Assembly: GCA_947501025.1 (NCBI GenBank) | Contig: CANMUM010000003.1 | Location: 68,683-132,682 of the forward strand | DNA length: 64,000 bases | Direction: 5' to 3' | Source of the DNA: an uncultured Rhodobacteraceae bacterium | GTDB lineage: Bacteria; Pseudomonadota; Alphaproteobacteria; Rhodobacterales; Rhodobacteraceae | In this document: piece by piece, positions 47,101 to 57,173 of the stretch | Position numbering within the stretch: the stretch's first letter is position 1 | Layout: each line of letters starts with the position of its first letter | The notes under the pieces: generated by a model | The model's database searches: none | What the model saw: the letters and a program-made list of their open reading frames with translations, nothing else | Told to the model about the DNA's origin: nothing | Made by a program: the position numbers and the translations under genes

Positions 47101-47621
47101 CGCATACCACGGCCACCGCCGCCCCAACTGGCCTTAAGCATCAATGGGTAGCCAACTTCGCCAGCCATTTTTTTAATGGCCGAGATGTCATCACCAAGGA
47201 CTTCCGTCGCAGGAATAACAGGGACTCCCGCTTCAATCGCCACACGGCGCGCAGATGCTTTGTCGCCAAGAGCGCGCATTGTTTCGGCTTTTGGACCAAT
47301 AAATTTTATACCCGCTGCGTCACATGCATCAACAAATTCTGGATTTTCAGAAAGCAAACCATAACCAGGGTGAATCGCTTCTGCACCTGAGAGTTTGGCA
47401 ACGCGGATGATCTCTTCAATCGAAAGATATGCGGCAACAGGTCCCATGCCTTCGCCAATTTGGTAACTTTCATCAGCTTTAAATCTATGAAGACCAAGTT
47501 TATCTTCTTTGGCGTATACCGCTACAGTTTTGATGCCGAGCTCATTGGCTGCGCGCATGATACGGATGGCGATTTCACCACGGTTGGCTATGAGAATTTT
47601 ATTGAAAACAGGCGCTTGCAT
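44169..47621 (-). CDS. pyc: Pyruvate carboxylase
   Basis: The 1150-aa protein has a biotin carboxylase domain (ILIANRGEIAIR), a carboxyltransferase TIM barrel (HFHTHDT) and a C-terminal biotinyl site (EAMKME). Confidence 0.95.
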   Translation of the reverse strand: MQAPVFNKILIANRGEIAIRIMRAANELGIKTVAVYAKEDKLGLHRFKADESYQIGEGMGPVAAYLSIEEIIRVAKLSGAEAIHPGYGLLSENPEFVDACDAAGIKFIGPKAETMRALGDKASARRVAIEAGVPVIPATEVLGDDISAIKKMAGEVGYPLMLKASWGGGGRGMRPIFSEDEVEDKVLEGKREAEAAFGNGEGYLEKMIVNARHVEVQILGDQHGNLYHLFERDCSVQRRNQKVVERAPAPYLSEAKRQEICELGRKICAHVGYQNAGTVEFLQDMETEEFYFIEVNPRVQVEHTVTEEVTGIDIVQSQILIASGKTLVEATGAKSQAEIQLNGHALQCRITTEDPQNNFVPDYGRITAYRSASGMGVRLDGGTAYSGAVITRYYDSLLVKVTAWASSPDTAISRMDRALREFRVRGVSTNIAFVENLLKHPKFVDMTYNTKFIDNTPELFEFKKRRDRATKVLTYIADVTVNGNPEAKGRPVPDLEHKAPIALPKFDATNIQEGAKQILEREGPKAVADWMLAQKRLLITDTTMRDGHQSILATRMRSYDMQRVAPVYAANLPELFSVECWGGATFDVAYRFLMECPWQRLRDLRKAMPNLLTQMLLRGANGVGYTSYPDNVVKAFVAQAADTGIDIFRVFDSLNWVENMRVSMDAVNEAGKICEGTICYTSDVTDPNQNKYNLKYYVDMGKELEKAGAHVIGLKDMAGLMKPDGARVLIKALKEEIGLPIHFHTHDTSGIAAATILAASEAGVDAVDVAMDAFSGGTSQPCLGSIVEALRHNDRNTGLNGERIREISDYWEKVRDQYAAFESGVRAPASEVYLHEMPGGQFTNLKAQARSLGLESRWPEIAKTYAQVNQMFGDITKVTPSSKVVGDMALLMVSQGISAEDVLDPEKDVAFPQSVIDMLEGNLGQPHGGFPANIVDKALKGRKPNTERAGESMKPADLTKAHADLQKLAGEEFAIDNEDLMGYLMYPKVFEGYMNAHAEYGPTRVLPTKVFFYGMESGEELAAEIEEGKTLEIRMQAVGETDDKGEVKVFFELNGQPRAVRVPNRSAVATVQARKKSTGAEGEIGAPMPGVVASMIVSEGQKVKEGDLVLTIEAMKMETGLHADRDGTVKAVHVGVGDQIDAKDLLVEIG

Positions 47622-47769
47622 AAATATCTCCCTTATTTTGCGTCACTTTGATCGATGGTTGCAACGCAGCATAACCATAGAGGTGGGGTTGTAAAGGCCG
47701 TAAATCTTCGTAATAAAGCTAAAGCGCCCAATATGGGCAAAATAATAATTACGAATCGGGACCTATTTC

Positions 47770-50700
47770 GTGCAATTTACACGCCTACGTCTACAAGGCT
47801 TCAAAAGCTTCGTTGACCCTACTGATCTGATGATCATGGAAGGGCTAACAGGTGTGGTTGGTCCAAATGGCTGTGGAAAATCAAATTTACTTGAAGCATT
47901 GCGCTGGGTAATGGGAGAGAATCGCCCGACACAAATGCGCGGCGGCGGAATGGAAGATGTGATTTTCGCGGGCACTGATTCGCGCAGCGCCAAGCATTTC
48001 GCCGAAGTGAGCCTTCATATCGACAATAAATCGCGCCTCGCGCCCGCAACATTTAATCATTCGGATGATCTCGATGTTTTGCGCCGAATAACGCGCGATA
48101 TTGGTTCGGCATTTAAGATCAATGGCAAAGATGTGCGCGCGCGCGATGTCAGCATGATGTTTGCTGATGCGGCAACGGGTTCACATTCTCCAAGTCTCGT
48201 TCGTCAAGGTCAAATCTCAGAATTGATCAACGCAAAACCGCAAGCACGGCGTCGCGTTCTTGAAGATGCCGCAGGTATTTCAGGCTTATATCAACGTCGC
48301 CATGAAGCCGAACTCAAGCTCAACTCCGCCGAAGCTAATCTCCTGCGTGTTGACGACGTTCTTGAGCAGCTCGGCACACAAATCCGTTCACTTGAACGTC
48401 AAGCCAAAGCCGCTCAGCGATATAAATCTATAGCTGGAGATTTAAGAGCAGCTGAGGCGATTCTTGCTTTTATCGAATGGCAAATGGCGGCTGAAAAATT
48501 TGTGACTACCGAACGCCATGTGAACGAAACCCGCACAAAGCGCAGTGAGCAAGAGCGCACGCGGATTGGCTGTGAAAAAGCACTTAATGCTGCCCAAGAA
48601 GCCTTACCATCCTTGCGTGATGAAGAAGCGATTGCCGCCGCTTTATTACAACGCCTTAATATCGCTCTTACTGCCCTAAGTGATGAAGAAAAACGCGCAA
48701 GGCAGCAAATTGAAGAACTTTCCCGTGCAGGTGATATTTTGGATCGCGACCAAGCGCGTGAATCGCAAATCGCCAATGATGCAAATGAAGCCCTTAAGCA
48801 GCTCACTTGGGAAGAAGAACATATCGGCCAAGCAACTGAAGGCGAAGAAGCGGCTATTTTAGCTGCAACGGATGAGGCACGTATCGCCCATGAAACCCTC
48901 TCCAAATCTGAAGAAATCTTTGATGATCTCCGCCAAGATCTTGCTCGTGAAGAAGCCCGCGCACAAGCATCAGAACGCCGCTTTGAAGAAGCCAATCAGC
49001 GCTATAAAAAATCAGCTCAATCTGTAACCCAAGCCAAGCAAGAAGCCGAACAAACGAGTGCCACACTTGCTCAAGCCAATGCCACATTGAACGAACGTGC
49101 CACAGTCCTCAAAGCATCGGAAACAGCGATTGCGACATCTGAAGCTGACATGGAAAAAGCAGAAATTGCACGCAACGCATATCAGTCACAATTTGATGAG
49201 CGACGCGCAAATCTCGCTGTTTTGCAAGGAGAGGCCTCAGCCCTTGAAGCCGAACATCGTGGCTTGCTTGCAATGCTTGATAAAAAAACCGATCACGCAC
49301 CGCTCATTGATGCGATTGAAGTGGATACTGGTTTTGAAGCGGCAATTGGTGCGGCTATGGATCAAGAGCTTGATGCACCCGAAAATGAAGAAGGTTCTGG
49401 ATGGCGATATGCAGGTGAAATCAGCGCGCCAAGCTGGCCAAAAGATGTAGAGCCGATCACACCTCATATTAAAGCGCCCTCTCTTTTGCAAAAACGTCTC
49501 GCTTATATTGGTGTCGCCCAGATCATCACTTCCGCGATGCAAAATGCACTTGAGCCTGGGCAGCGTCTTGTTTCCAAAGCTGGCGATCTTTATCGCTGGG
49601 ATGGGTTCGTGCGACTCGCATCAGATGGTGATAGTGCGAGCGCATTGCGTCTTCAACAACGCAATCGCCTTAAAGAACTGCAATCGGAAATTGACGAGCG
49701 CAATCGTGCAAAATCGACATTAGAATCCGAACTAGCAGACACACAAAGCGCGCTTGCGCAAGCCAAATCAAATTTCGACAGCGCACAAGCATCACGCCGC
49801 AATGCCGAACGTGCTGTGACTGAGGCTCTACGTCAACATCATTCTGCTCAAAACGATTTAGAACGTTTGAATGCCCGCGCGGAAATGTTGAAGTCCACCT
49901 TATCGCGACATGAAGAAGAATGCGCTCTTGCGGCAAACGAACTTGAAAGCGCCAAGGAAGCACGCGTCGATTCAAATGCGCTCGATGAACAAAAGACTGC
50001 ACTTGAACAATATCGTGTTAAAGTCGAAGATGCCCGCTCAGAAATGCTGGCTATGCGCGCAAAGGTTGATGAATTGCGCAAAGATCGTGAGCGCCGTCAA
50101 GCACGTATACAAGACATTTCTCGAGAGCGCGCCAATTGGCAGAAACGTTTGGACAATACATCCAACCATCAAAAAGAACTTCTATCTCGCAAAGACGAGA
50201 ATGCGCGCGCGCAAAAAGCAGCCGCCGCATTGCCAAACGAGCTTGGTCAAAAGCGACTGCTTCTTGAGAGTGATATTGAGAATGCAGAAGGCAGATTAAA
50301 CCGCGCAAAAGAAGCCCTAGCTACTGGCGAGTCTGAGCGCGCGAAATCTGACCAAGCCCACCGCGAAGCAGAAAACCTTCTTGGGGATATCCGCGAAAGA
50401 CTTGCCCGATTTGAGGCTGAGCTTGAGGCGATCAAGACAGACCGTGATGAGGCCGCAGAGCATATCAAAACTGAATATGAGCAAACGCCAGAAAACATGG
50501 GTGGCGCATTACAAAGCGATGGCCAGCAACTCCCAAGCGCTGAAAATGCACAGCAGCAAATTAACAAATTGATATCTCAACGCGAGAGCCTTGGTGCAGT
50601 CAATCTGCGTGCAGAAGAAGACCGCGAAGAAGTGACGCTTGAGCATGATAAGCTTGTTTCTGATAAAGCTGAGATTGCCGAAGCCATTTCAAAACTGCGC

Positions 50701-51216
50701 CAGGCAATTGCAGCTCTCAATAAAGAAGGGCGCGAACGATTACTTGCTGCTTTTGATGAGGTTAACGCGAATTTCAAACAGCTCTTTGTAAAACTGTTTG
50801 GCGGCGGAACGGCAAGTCTTGAGCTTGTTGAAAGTGATGACCCATTAAATGCAGGTCTCGAAATTATGTGCCAACCCCCAGGTAAAAAACTCTCGGCTCT
50901 TTCGCTTCTTTCTGGTGGCGAGCAAACGCTCACAGCTCTCTCGCTAATCTTTGCCGTTTTCCTTACAAACCCATCTCCTATATGTGTACTCGATGAGGTT
51001 GATGCGCCTCTAGATGATGCAAATGTCACGCGGTTTTGTGAGATGCTGAATGAAATGACGCGCCAAACGGAAACGCGGTTTTTGATCATTACCCACCACG
51101 CACTCACAATGTCACGAATGGATCGATTATTCGGTGTTACCATGGCAGAAAAAGGCGTCTCTCAACTTGTTTCTGTTGATTTAAACCAAGCAACCGAACT
51201 GGTCGCCGAGAACTGA
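47770..51216 (+). CDS. smc: Chromosome segregation protein SMC
   Basis: It starts at GTG. It has Walker A (GPNGCGKSN), a long coiled coil with a hinge, the C-terminal signature LSGGE and Walker B (VLDEVDAPLD). Confidence 0.95.
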   Translation: MQFTRLRLQGFKSFVDPTDLMIMEGLTGVVGPNGCGKSNLLEALRWVMGENRPTQMRGGGMEDVIFAGTDSRSAKHFAEVSLHIDNKSRLAPATFNHSDDLDVLRRITRDIGSAFKINGKDVRARDVSMMFADAATGSHSPSLVRQGQISELINAKPQARRRVLEDAAGISGLYQRRHEAELKLNSAEANLLRVDDVLEQLGTQIRSLERQAKAAQRYKSIAGDLRAAEAILAFIEWQMAAEKFVTTERHVNETRTKRSEQERTRIGCEKALNAAQEALPSLRDEEAIAAALLQRLNIALTALSDEEKRARQQIEELSRAGDILDRDQARESQIANDANEALKQLTWEEEHIGQATEGEEAAILAATDEARIAHETLSKSEEIFDDLRQDLAREEARAQASERRFEEANQRYKKSAQSVTQAKQEAEQTSATLAQANATLNERATVLKASETAIATSEADMEKAEIARNAYQSQFDERRANLAVLQGEASALEAEHRGLLAMLDKKTDHAPLIDAIEVDTGFEAAIGAAMDQELDAPENEEGSGWRYAGEISAPSWPKDVEPITPHIKAPSLLQKRLAYIGVAQIITSAMQNALEPGQRLVSKAGDLYRWDGFVRLASDGDSASALRLQQRNRLKELQSEIDERNRAKSTLESELADTQSALAQAKSNFDSAQASRRNAERAVTEALRQHHSAQNDLERLNARAEMLKSTLSRHEEECALAANELESAKEARVDSNALDEQKTALEQYRVKVEDARSEMLAMRAKVDELRKDRERRQARIQDISRERANWQKRLDNTSNHQKELLSRKDENARAQKAAAALPNELGQKRLLLESDIENAEGRLNRAKEALATGESERAKSDQAHREAENLLGDIRERLARFEAELEAIKTDRDEAAEHIKTEYEQTPENMGGALQSDGQQLPSAENAQQQINKLISQRESLGAVNLRAEEDREEVTLEHDKLVSDKAEIAEAISKLRQAIAALNKEGRERLLAAFDEVNANFKQLFVKLFGGGTASLELVESDDPLNAGLEIMCQPPGKKLSALSLLSGGEQTLTALSLIFAVFLTNPSPICVLDEVDAPLDDANVTRFCEMLNEMTRQTETRFLIITHHALTMSRMDRLFGVTMAEKGVSQLVSVDLNQATELVAEN

Positions 51217-51235
51217 ACTAGGTGCCGAACGTTTC

Positions 51236-51928
51236 TTAAGCTCTCTTAAAAATCACATATTGTGGTGTGCGCCCCTCGCGAATGGCCTTGGCCTCGTAAC
51301 GGGTACGAAACCACCCTTCCCACGGGTCGAAACGATCACGGGAAACTTCAGTAAATTCTGGAACCTCACAAATTTTTTCAAGCCCATGCTCAATATATTC
51401 TGGAATATCTGAGGCCAAACGCAATTCACAATTCGACTTCAAAAGTCGCGCAATTTGCTTGAGATTGTCGGGGTGCATGAAACGCCTTTCGGCATGGCGC
51501 GCCTTTGGCCAAGGATCTGGGTATAGAAGATAAACACGCTCAAATATGGCATCGGGAAGAGCATCAAATAAATCGCGCGCATCCGATGGATGAAGGCGTA
51601 TATTTTTGATGTCTCCGAGCTCAATATGGCGTAAGATTGAAGCAACACCATTTTGGTAAGGTTCGCATCCCACAAAATTTATATCTGAATTCTCACTTGC
51701 CATATGTGCAAGATGTTCTCCGCCGCCAAAACCGATTTCAAGCCAAATGGGCTGGTCTTTGTCGAAATGCTGTGGCAAATCAACCTTACCTGCTTCGACA
51801 TCTTGAACGCGAATTTTGGGCAAAATATTTTCCATGCGCCGCGCTTGTGATGGCTTTAAAGACTTACCCTTATTGCGACCAAAAAATTTACGCTTATTAT
51901 GATATTCTTCACTCACTGGATGTCTCAC
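51236..51928 (-). CDS. trmB: tRNA (guanine-N7)-methyltransferase
   Basis: Motifs seen are EIGFGGGEHL, PDPWPK and RF. Confidence 0.9.
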   Translation of the reverse strand: MRHPVSEEYHNKRKFFGRNKGKSLKPSQARRMENILPKIRVQDVEAGKVDLPQHFDKDQPIWLEIGFGGGEHLAHMASENSDINFVGCEPYQNGVASILRHIELGDIKNIRLHPSDARDLFDALPDAIFERVYLLYPDPWPKARHAERRFMHPDNLKQIARLLKSNCELRLASDIPEYIEHGLEKICEVPEFTEVSRDRFDPWEGWFRTRYEAKAIREGRTPQYVIFKRA

Positions 51929-52012
51929 TTTTCAAATTCGTCTCCATATAAGCAACCCAACATCTTTAAGCAACATCTTTACGAAAACGCAGCTTTCACA
52001 TAGGCTTCATCT

Positions 52013-52618
52013 ATGAATATCAATGATCTTTTAAACGCGATTAAGAATCTGGGCGGCACACGAAAAATAATTGCTATTGTGGGCGCGCCTGCCAGTGGCA
52101 AATCAACATTGGCGCAAAGATTAAAAGAACTCATTCCCAATAGTGCAATCCTTGCCATGGATGGTTTTCATTTTGATGATTTCATACTGAAAAATCGCGT
52201 GCATCTTGCGCGCAAAGGCGCCCCGCACACATATGATATTGATGGTTTTAGTTATATTTTAGAGCGTGTCGCCAAAGGCCAAAATGATATTGCTGTTCCT
52301 GTTTTTGATCGCTCTTTGGAGCTTTCGCGCAATAGCGCAGAAATCATTCCAATGACGGCAAATACGATTATTGTCGAAGGCAATTACCTACTACTTGATG
52401 ATCCACAATGGGCTGAGTGTCGCAAATATTATGATTTAACCGTGATGATAAACGTGAACTTAAAAACCATTCATGAACGCCTCATAGAACGCTGGAAAGC
52501 TTATGATTATAGCCGTGAAAGATCCGAAATAAAAATCAATGAAAATGACCTACCAAATGCCAGACTGGTTATTGAACAATCTATCCCCGCGGATATCATG
52601 CTCGACGAAACCCAATGA
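52013..52618 (+). CDS. P-loop nucleoside/sugar kinase family protein (uridine kinase / FrcK-like)
   Basis: It has the Walker A GAPASGKST followed by MDGFH. The 3' end overlaps the lnt 3' end convergently by 23 nt. Confidence 0.6.
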   Translation: MNINDLLNAIKNLGGTRKIIAIVGAPASGKSTLAQRLKELIPNSAILAMDGFHFDDFILKNRVHLARKGAPHTYDIDGFSYILERVAKGQNDIAVPVFDRSLELSRNSAEIIPMTANTIIVEGNYLLLDDPQWAECRKYYDLTVMINVNLKTIHERLIERWKAYDYSRERSEIKINENDLPNARLVIEQSIPADIMLDETQ

Positions 52619-54008
52619 TAAGAGCTGCGAACAAAAAGATATATAACGGCCAATTGCGAATCTTGCTATAAATTGTGCCATCATATCTCGGGCCAATTGC
52701 TGATGTGATTGCTCCCTTAGTGTTGAGGGGTACATGACTTATCAATTCACCTTTTGCGCTCACAAAGGCTGATATGCCCGTCTTTGCTGAGCGCACCAAT
52801 GGCTTGCCACTTTCGATTGCACGGAAACGCGCGGCAACCAAATGCTGCACTGGCCCACCCCCATTACCAAACCAGCTATCATTCGTAATCAGTGCAATAA
52901 AGCCTCCCTCGCGCTGTGCATATTTTGGAAAAATACCTTCATAGCAAATCAGAATATTAAACTTTGGAAATTGACTATCTGGCCATGGATAGAGAGATCC
53001 CTTTGACATGCTAAACCGCGTCAAGGTTTGCGTTGCTATGCCCAATTTGGCAATCGCATTTCCAAAAGGTATATACTCCCCAAATGGAACAAGGTGCTGT
53101 TTGTCATAGCGATAAATATTTTTACCATTTTCATCAACAAGATAAGCGGCATTATAAAACCGCCCGAAATCATCAAAATGGATTGCACCGAACAAAAATC
53201 CTTGCCCATTCATTTTTTGCGTAATTGTCGAAATGAGTGAAGGATCATAACTCGGCGAATATCGTGTTGCACCTTCTGGCCAAACAACCAAATCTGCATC
53301 ACCTTGGCTCATGTCAATTTGAGCATTTAAAAACTCCTCAGCACGGCTCGCATCAAAACTTTCGGCCTGTGTGATATTGGCTTGAACCAATGTGACTTTA
53401 AAATTTGCGTTTTCAATTATGTCAGGATCATTTCGTAAAAAATGCGGGAGCATCAAGAAGCCAATCACAACAACTCCAATACCACGAAGGTGAATTTTTG
53501 TGGGCCCAAATATCGCAAGCATCGCAAATACCAATGCCGCGCTCAAACCATAAGCACCAATAAAGGCCGAACTCATAGCGATCGGTGTATCGATGAACCC
53601 ATATCCAATAAGCGCCCATGGAAAGCCTGTAAAAATCCATCCGCGTAGCAATTCTAACGCTATAAAAGTTGCGGCTATTATCAAAACACCGCGCCTATAT
53701 AATGCGAAAGCAGGCAGCCAAAATAGCGCCAATCCTGCCGCCATCAATATCCATGCTGGATAGGCCATCCAACCAAAAATATCTTTTTCAACTTGGAATG
53801 GGGACGTTATCCAAGACATTGTCAGGAAAAAATAACCAAACCCCAAACCATAACCGACAAGCTTAGGGCGATCAGAATATTGAGCGAGCCAATAACTCAG
53901 CGGCAAGCCGAAAACACCAATATAGCTTAAATTATATGGCGGATGGATCGTTCCAAGTAGTAAGCCGCAACAAACAGCCGCAATGAGTACGAACCAAACC
54001 CTGTTCAC
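52596..54008 (-). CDS. lnt: Apolipoprotein N-acyltransferase
   Basis: An N-terminal multi-TM region is followed by a CN-hydrolase domain with VVWPE and ICYEGIFP (catalytic Cys). Confidence 0.9.
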   Translation of the reverse strand: MNRVWFVLIAAVCCGLLLGTIHPPYNLSYIGVFGLPLSYWLAQYSDRPKLVGYGLGFGYFFLTMSWITSPFQVEKDIFGWMAYPAWILMAAGLALFWLPAFALYRRGVLIIAATFIALELLRGWIFTGFPWALIGYGFIDTPIAMSSAFIGAYGLSAALVFAMLAIFGPTKIHLRGIGVVVIGFLMLPHFLRNDPDIIENANFKVTLVQANITQAESFDASRAEEFLNAQIDMSQGDADLVVWPEGATRYSPSYDPSLISTITQKMNGQGFLFGAIHFDDFGRFYNAAYLVDENGKNIYRYDKQHLVPFGEYIPFGNAIAKLGIATQTLTRFSMSKGSLYPWPDSQFPKFNILICYEGIFPKYAQREGGFIALITNDSWFGNGGGPVQHLVAARFRAIESGKPLVRSAKTGISAFVSAKGELISHVPLNTKGAITSAIGPRYDGTIYSKIRNWPLYIFLFAALIIGFRRA

Positions 54009-54862
54009 AGATCGCTCTCATAATGCTCTTTTGGCAAACGGATGCGTACTTTTTTAATCCGTCTTGGGTCGGCTTCTACAATCTCAAACTCAAAACCTTC
54101 ATCTGTTTTGATCACCTCACCTTTTGCGGGAACGCGCGCTGTATGGGTGATGATTAGCCCACCGATTGTATCGACATCATCTTCATCCTCAGGCATCGGC
54201 AAAGTAACCCCTGTGTCACGTTCGAAATCTTCGAGATTTGCGCGCGCATGAACCATAAAAATACCCGGTTTATCTTGACTCCAAAGTGTTTCATTCGTCT
54301 CATCATGCTCATCGGTTATTTCACCAACAATTTGCTCGATAATATCTTCAATTGTGATCAAGCCATCTACACCACCGAACTCATCAATAACGAGCGCCAT
54401 GTGGATATGATCGTTTTGCATTTTTTGCAACAAAGTCGACACACGCATCGAGGGCGGCACATAAATGAGCGGACGAACAAAAGGCTCAAGCGAGAAGCGC
54501 TTCGCTTCCCCATCAAGACCATAGGTCATAAAAATATCTTTGACATGAACAAGGCCTGAGGGATCATCAAGCGTGTCCGAAAATACAGGAACTCGCGAAT
54601 ATCCATGTTCGCGTAAAGTCGCAAAAAAAGTTTCCATATCTGCATCTATGGGAAGGGCAACGATGTCAGCTTTGGGAATAGCAATATCTGAAATACGGCG
54701 TTCTTTAAGTTGTGAAAAATTGATCGCAAGCTCTGTGTGTCTTGTTAAGGATTCTGTCGCTGGGATTGGAGTTTTTGATCCAAATAGTCTTTTAAAAATG
54801 CCAGTGAGCCTCGGACTATCATCGCCTTCATCGCTGGGCACGCCTTCATGCGCGTTATTCAT
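54005..54862 (-). CDS. corC: CBS-pair/CorC_HlyC domain protein (CorC/TlyC family)
   Basis: It has tandem CBS domains and a C-terminal transporter-associated domain. It sits in the conserved phoH-ybeY-corC-lnt string. Confidence 0.85.
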   Translation of the reverse strand: MNNAHEGVPSDEGDDSPRLTGIFKRLFGSKTPIPATESLTRHTELAINFSQLKERRISDIAIPKADIVALPIDADMETFFATLREHGYSRVPVFSDTLDDPSGLVHVKDIFMTYGLDGEAKRFSLEPFVRPLIYVPPSMRVSTLLQKMQNDHIHMALVIDEFGGVDGLITIEDIIEQIVGEITDEHDETNETLWSQDKPGIFMVHARANLEDFERDTGVTLPMPEDEDDVDTIGGLIITHTARVPAKGEVIKTDEGFEFEIVEADPRRIKKVRIRLPKEHYESDL

Positions 54863-54869
54863 TGTGTTC

Positions 54870-55367
54870 CTATGTTTCTTTATATGGGTTATCTATAAAC
54901 ATTGTTTTTAAAATTTCAACTTCCAAAGCTTCCATGATCACAGCGTCGCTATCATATTCGTGATCATAACCAAGCAAATGTAAAAATCCATGCAATATCA
55001 AATGTGAAATATGGTGATCAAAATTCTTACCATCTGCATCTTTTTGACATGTTTCAAGCGAAAGCGCGATATCGCCAAGTGTCGCATCAAATGGCCCTTC
55101 ATCAATTGCAGGAAGTTTAGGCGCCTCTCCTATGGCTCGATCAAATTCAAAAGCTGGCCATGATAATACATCGGTTGCTTTATTTTTATCGCGGAACTCT
55201 TGGTTCAGTTTTTGGATATGCATATCATTGGTTAGCAAAATTGTCGTTTCAAAACTGCTCGTTTCCAATCCAAAATGTGCAAAAAGCTTCTCTTCAACAT
55301 CTTCTGCAATCTGCGCGATATTTTGAGGCCAATCACCTGCCTCATGAATGAGATCAATCGTCATCAT
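54870..55367 (-). CDS. ybeY: rRNA maturation RNase YbeY
   Basis: It has the HGFLHLLGYDH zinc motif. The start is taken at the ATGATG that overlaps the phoH stop. Confidence 0.9.
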   Translation of the reverse strand: MMTIDLIHEAGDWPQNIAQIAEDVEEKLFAHFGLETSSFETTILLTNDMHIQKLNQEFRDKNKATDVLSWPAFEFDRAIGEAPKLPAIDEGPFDATLGDIALSLETCQKDADGKNFDHHISHLILHGFLHLLGYDHEYDSDAVIMEALEVEILKTMFIDNPYKET

Positions 55368-56322
55368 AAGCTCGGATAATTTCGGCAACAAGCGGATGCC
55401 GCACCACATCAAGATGCGTAAATTTGCAAACAGAAACCGCATCAATATGCCCCAAACGCTTCACAGCATCGATCAATCCTGACTTGGTAAAGCTTGGCAA
55501 ATCAACCTGTGAAGCATCACCTGTTATCGCCATTTTTGCGCCTTCACCCAAGCGGGTTAAAAACATTTTCATCTGCAAAGTTGAAGCATTCTGAGCTTCA
55601 TCCAAAACCACAAATGACCTCGCCAAGGTTCGGCCGCGCATAAAGGCCAAAGGTGCAATCTCAATCGTTTTATCTTCATACATCCGCGCAAGTTGTCGTG
55701 AAGGTAAGCAGTCTTGAAGTGCATCATATAGGGGCTGCATATAGGGATCGACTTTTTCTTTCATATCACCAGGCAAGAATCCAATCCGCTCACCAGCTTC
55801 AACCGCGGGGCGCGACAAAATAATGCGTTCAACCTTCCCACTAACAAGTGCAGAAACCGCCGCAGCAACCGCCAAATATGTTTTTCCAGTTCCCGCAGGG
55901 CCAATACCAAAAATCAATGATTTTGACTTCAGTGCCTTGATCATGGCTCCTTGAGCTGGGCTCCGTGCAACAATGTTTTTGCGTGGTGTGAGCAATGCGT
56001 CGTCTTGGGGTTCTTTGGGTGCCATTGCTCTTTCAAGGGCGTGAATTTCATAGCCTGCAAAACGCAACGCCCCCTTCACATCCTCTTCATCGATCTTTTC
56101 TTTTTCTTCAATTCTATTAACAAGATGGGCAAAGATTTCTGCGCTATGGGTAACGCCTTCTTTTGAGCCTTGTAAAAGCAAACGGTTCCCAGAGCGGCTT
56201 ATGGATATATCGGTGGTATGCTCTATAAGCGCCAAATGGCGATCTAGCGGGCCACAAATTGCAGCATAAATTGAATTATCAGCGAAATCTAATGTTTCTG
56301 CGACTGTATTAACGTTGCTCAT
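55354..56322 (-). CDS. phoH: PhoH-family ATPase
   Basis: It has Walker A GPAGTGKTYLA and the DEAQN Walker B context (VVLDEAQNAS). Confidence 0.9.
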   Translation of the reverse strand: MSNVNTVAETLDFADNSIYAAICGPLDRHLALIEHTTDISISRSGNRLLLQGSKEGVTHSAEIFAHLVNRIEEKEKIDEEDVKGALRFAGYEIHALERAMAPKEPQDDALLTPRKNIVARSPAQGAMIKALKSKSLIFGIGPAGTGKTYLAVAAAVSALVSGKVERIILSRPAVEAGERIGFLPGDMKEKVDPYMQPLYDALQDCLPSRQLARMYEDKTIEIAPLAFMRGRTLARSFVVLDEAQNASTLQMKMFLTRLGEGAKMAITGDASQVDLPSFTKSGLIDAVKRLGHIDAVSVCKFTHLDVVRHPLVAEIIRAYDDD

Positions 56323-56390
56323 GCGATCCTTGTTTTGTTAAATTAACTTTGGCGAAAATTTCTGATTTTAACAAGCATTAATTTAGATCT

Positions 56391-57173
56391 TTATCTTGAT
56401 TTAAGAAAATTTGAGAGCAAAAAAATCACAACCGTTGCCAAGACAACACTCGCACCCGTAGGTAAGTCAAATTCATAGCTGCTCCAAAACCCAGCCAAAC
56501 TTGCAATCCAAGTCAACATCACGGCAATCCCAATCATACCTTCAGGGCTTTTGGCAAATCTACGCGCACTAAGCGCTGGAATGATCAACAATGCACCGAC
56601 AAGCAATGCGCCAACGATCTTCATGGAAATAGCAACGCAAATCGCCAGAACCAGAACATAAACGCGCATTTCAAGTCTTGGGTTGACGCCTTGCGCGGAT
56701 GCAAGCTCTGGATTGAGCGTACTGAGCAATAGGCTTTTCCAGCGCCAAACGAGCACAGCTATAATTCCGCTACCAATCAGAAATATTTGCAGCAGATCTG
56801 AATTCGATGTATTTAATATATCCCCAAATAAATAACCTTCTAAATTGCCACGCCGCTCACTTGAAATGGCCGTCACAACGAGCGCACCTGCGAGACCTCC
56901 ATGAGCAAGAACACCAAGCATTGCATCGCTGCTGTGCTGGCGGTCATCAATCGAGCCAAGCACCCAACCCACAACGATAGCCATCGCAATTGAACCCCAA
57001 ATTGGAGATATCCCAAACATAATCGCGATGGATACACCAAGCAATGCGGCATGGGATGTCGCATCACCAAAATAGCTCATACGCCGCCAAATTGCGATAG
57101 ATCCAAGGGGAGCAGTTAGGCATGACAAAATCAAGAGCATCAAAATTGCCCGTATAAGAAAACCATCAAACAT
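56391..57173 (-). CDS. znuB: Zinc ABC transporter permease
   Basis: The 260-aa ABC-3 family permease lies directly after znuC, with a 1-nt overlap. Confidence 0.85.
   Translation of the reverse strand: MFDGFLIRAILMLLILSCLTAPLGSIAIWRRMSYFGDATSHAALLGVSIAIMFGISPIWGSIAMAIVVGWVLGSIDDRQHSSDAMLGVLAHGGLAGALVVTAISSERRGNLEGYLFGDILNTSNSDLLQIFLIGSGIIAVLVWRWKSLLLSTLNPELASAQGVNPRLEMRVYVLVLAICVAISMKIVGALLVGALLIIPALSARRFAKSPEGMIGIAVMLTWIASLAGFWSSYEFDLPTGASVVLATVVIFLLSNFLKSR

Noticed and set aside
48414-48995. 193-aa (and 50577..51143, 188-aa) minus-strand ORFs inside smc
   Set aside because: Their Ser/Arg/Ala-rich sequence is what is expected from reading the Glu/Ala/Leu-rich coiled-coil codons of SMC in reverse.
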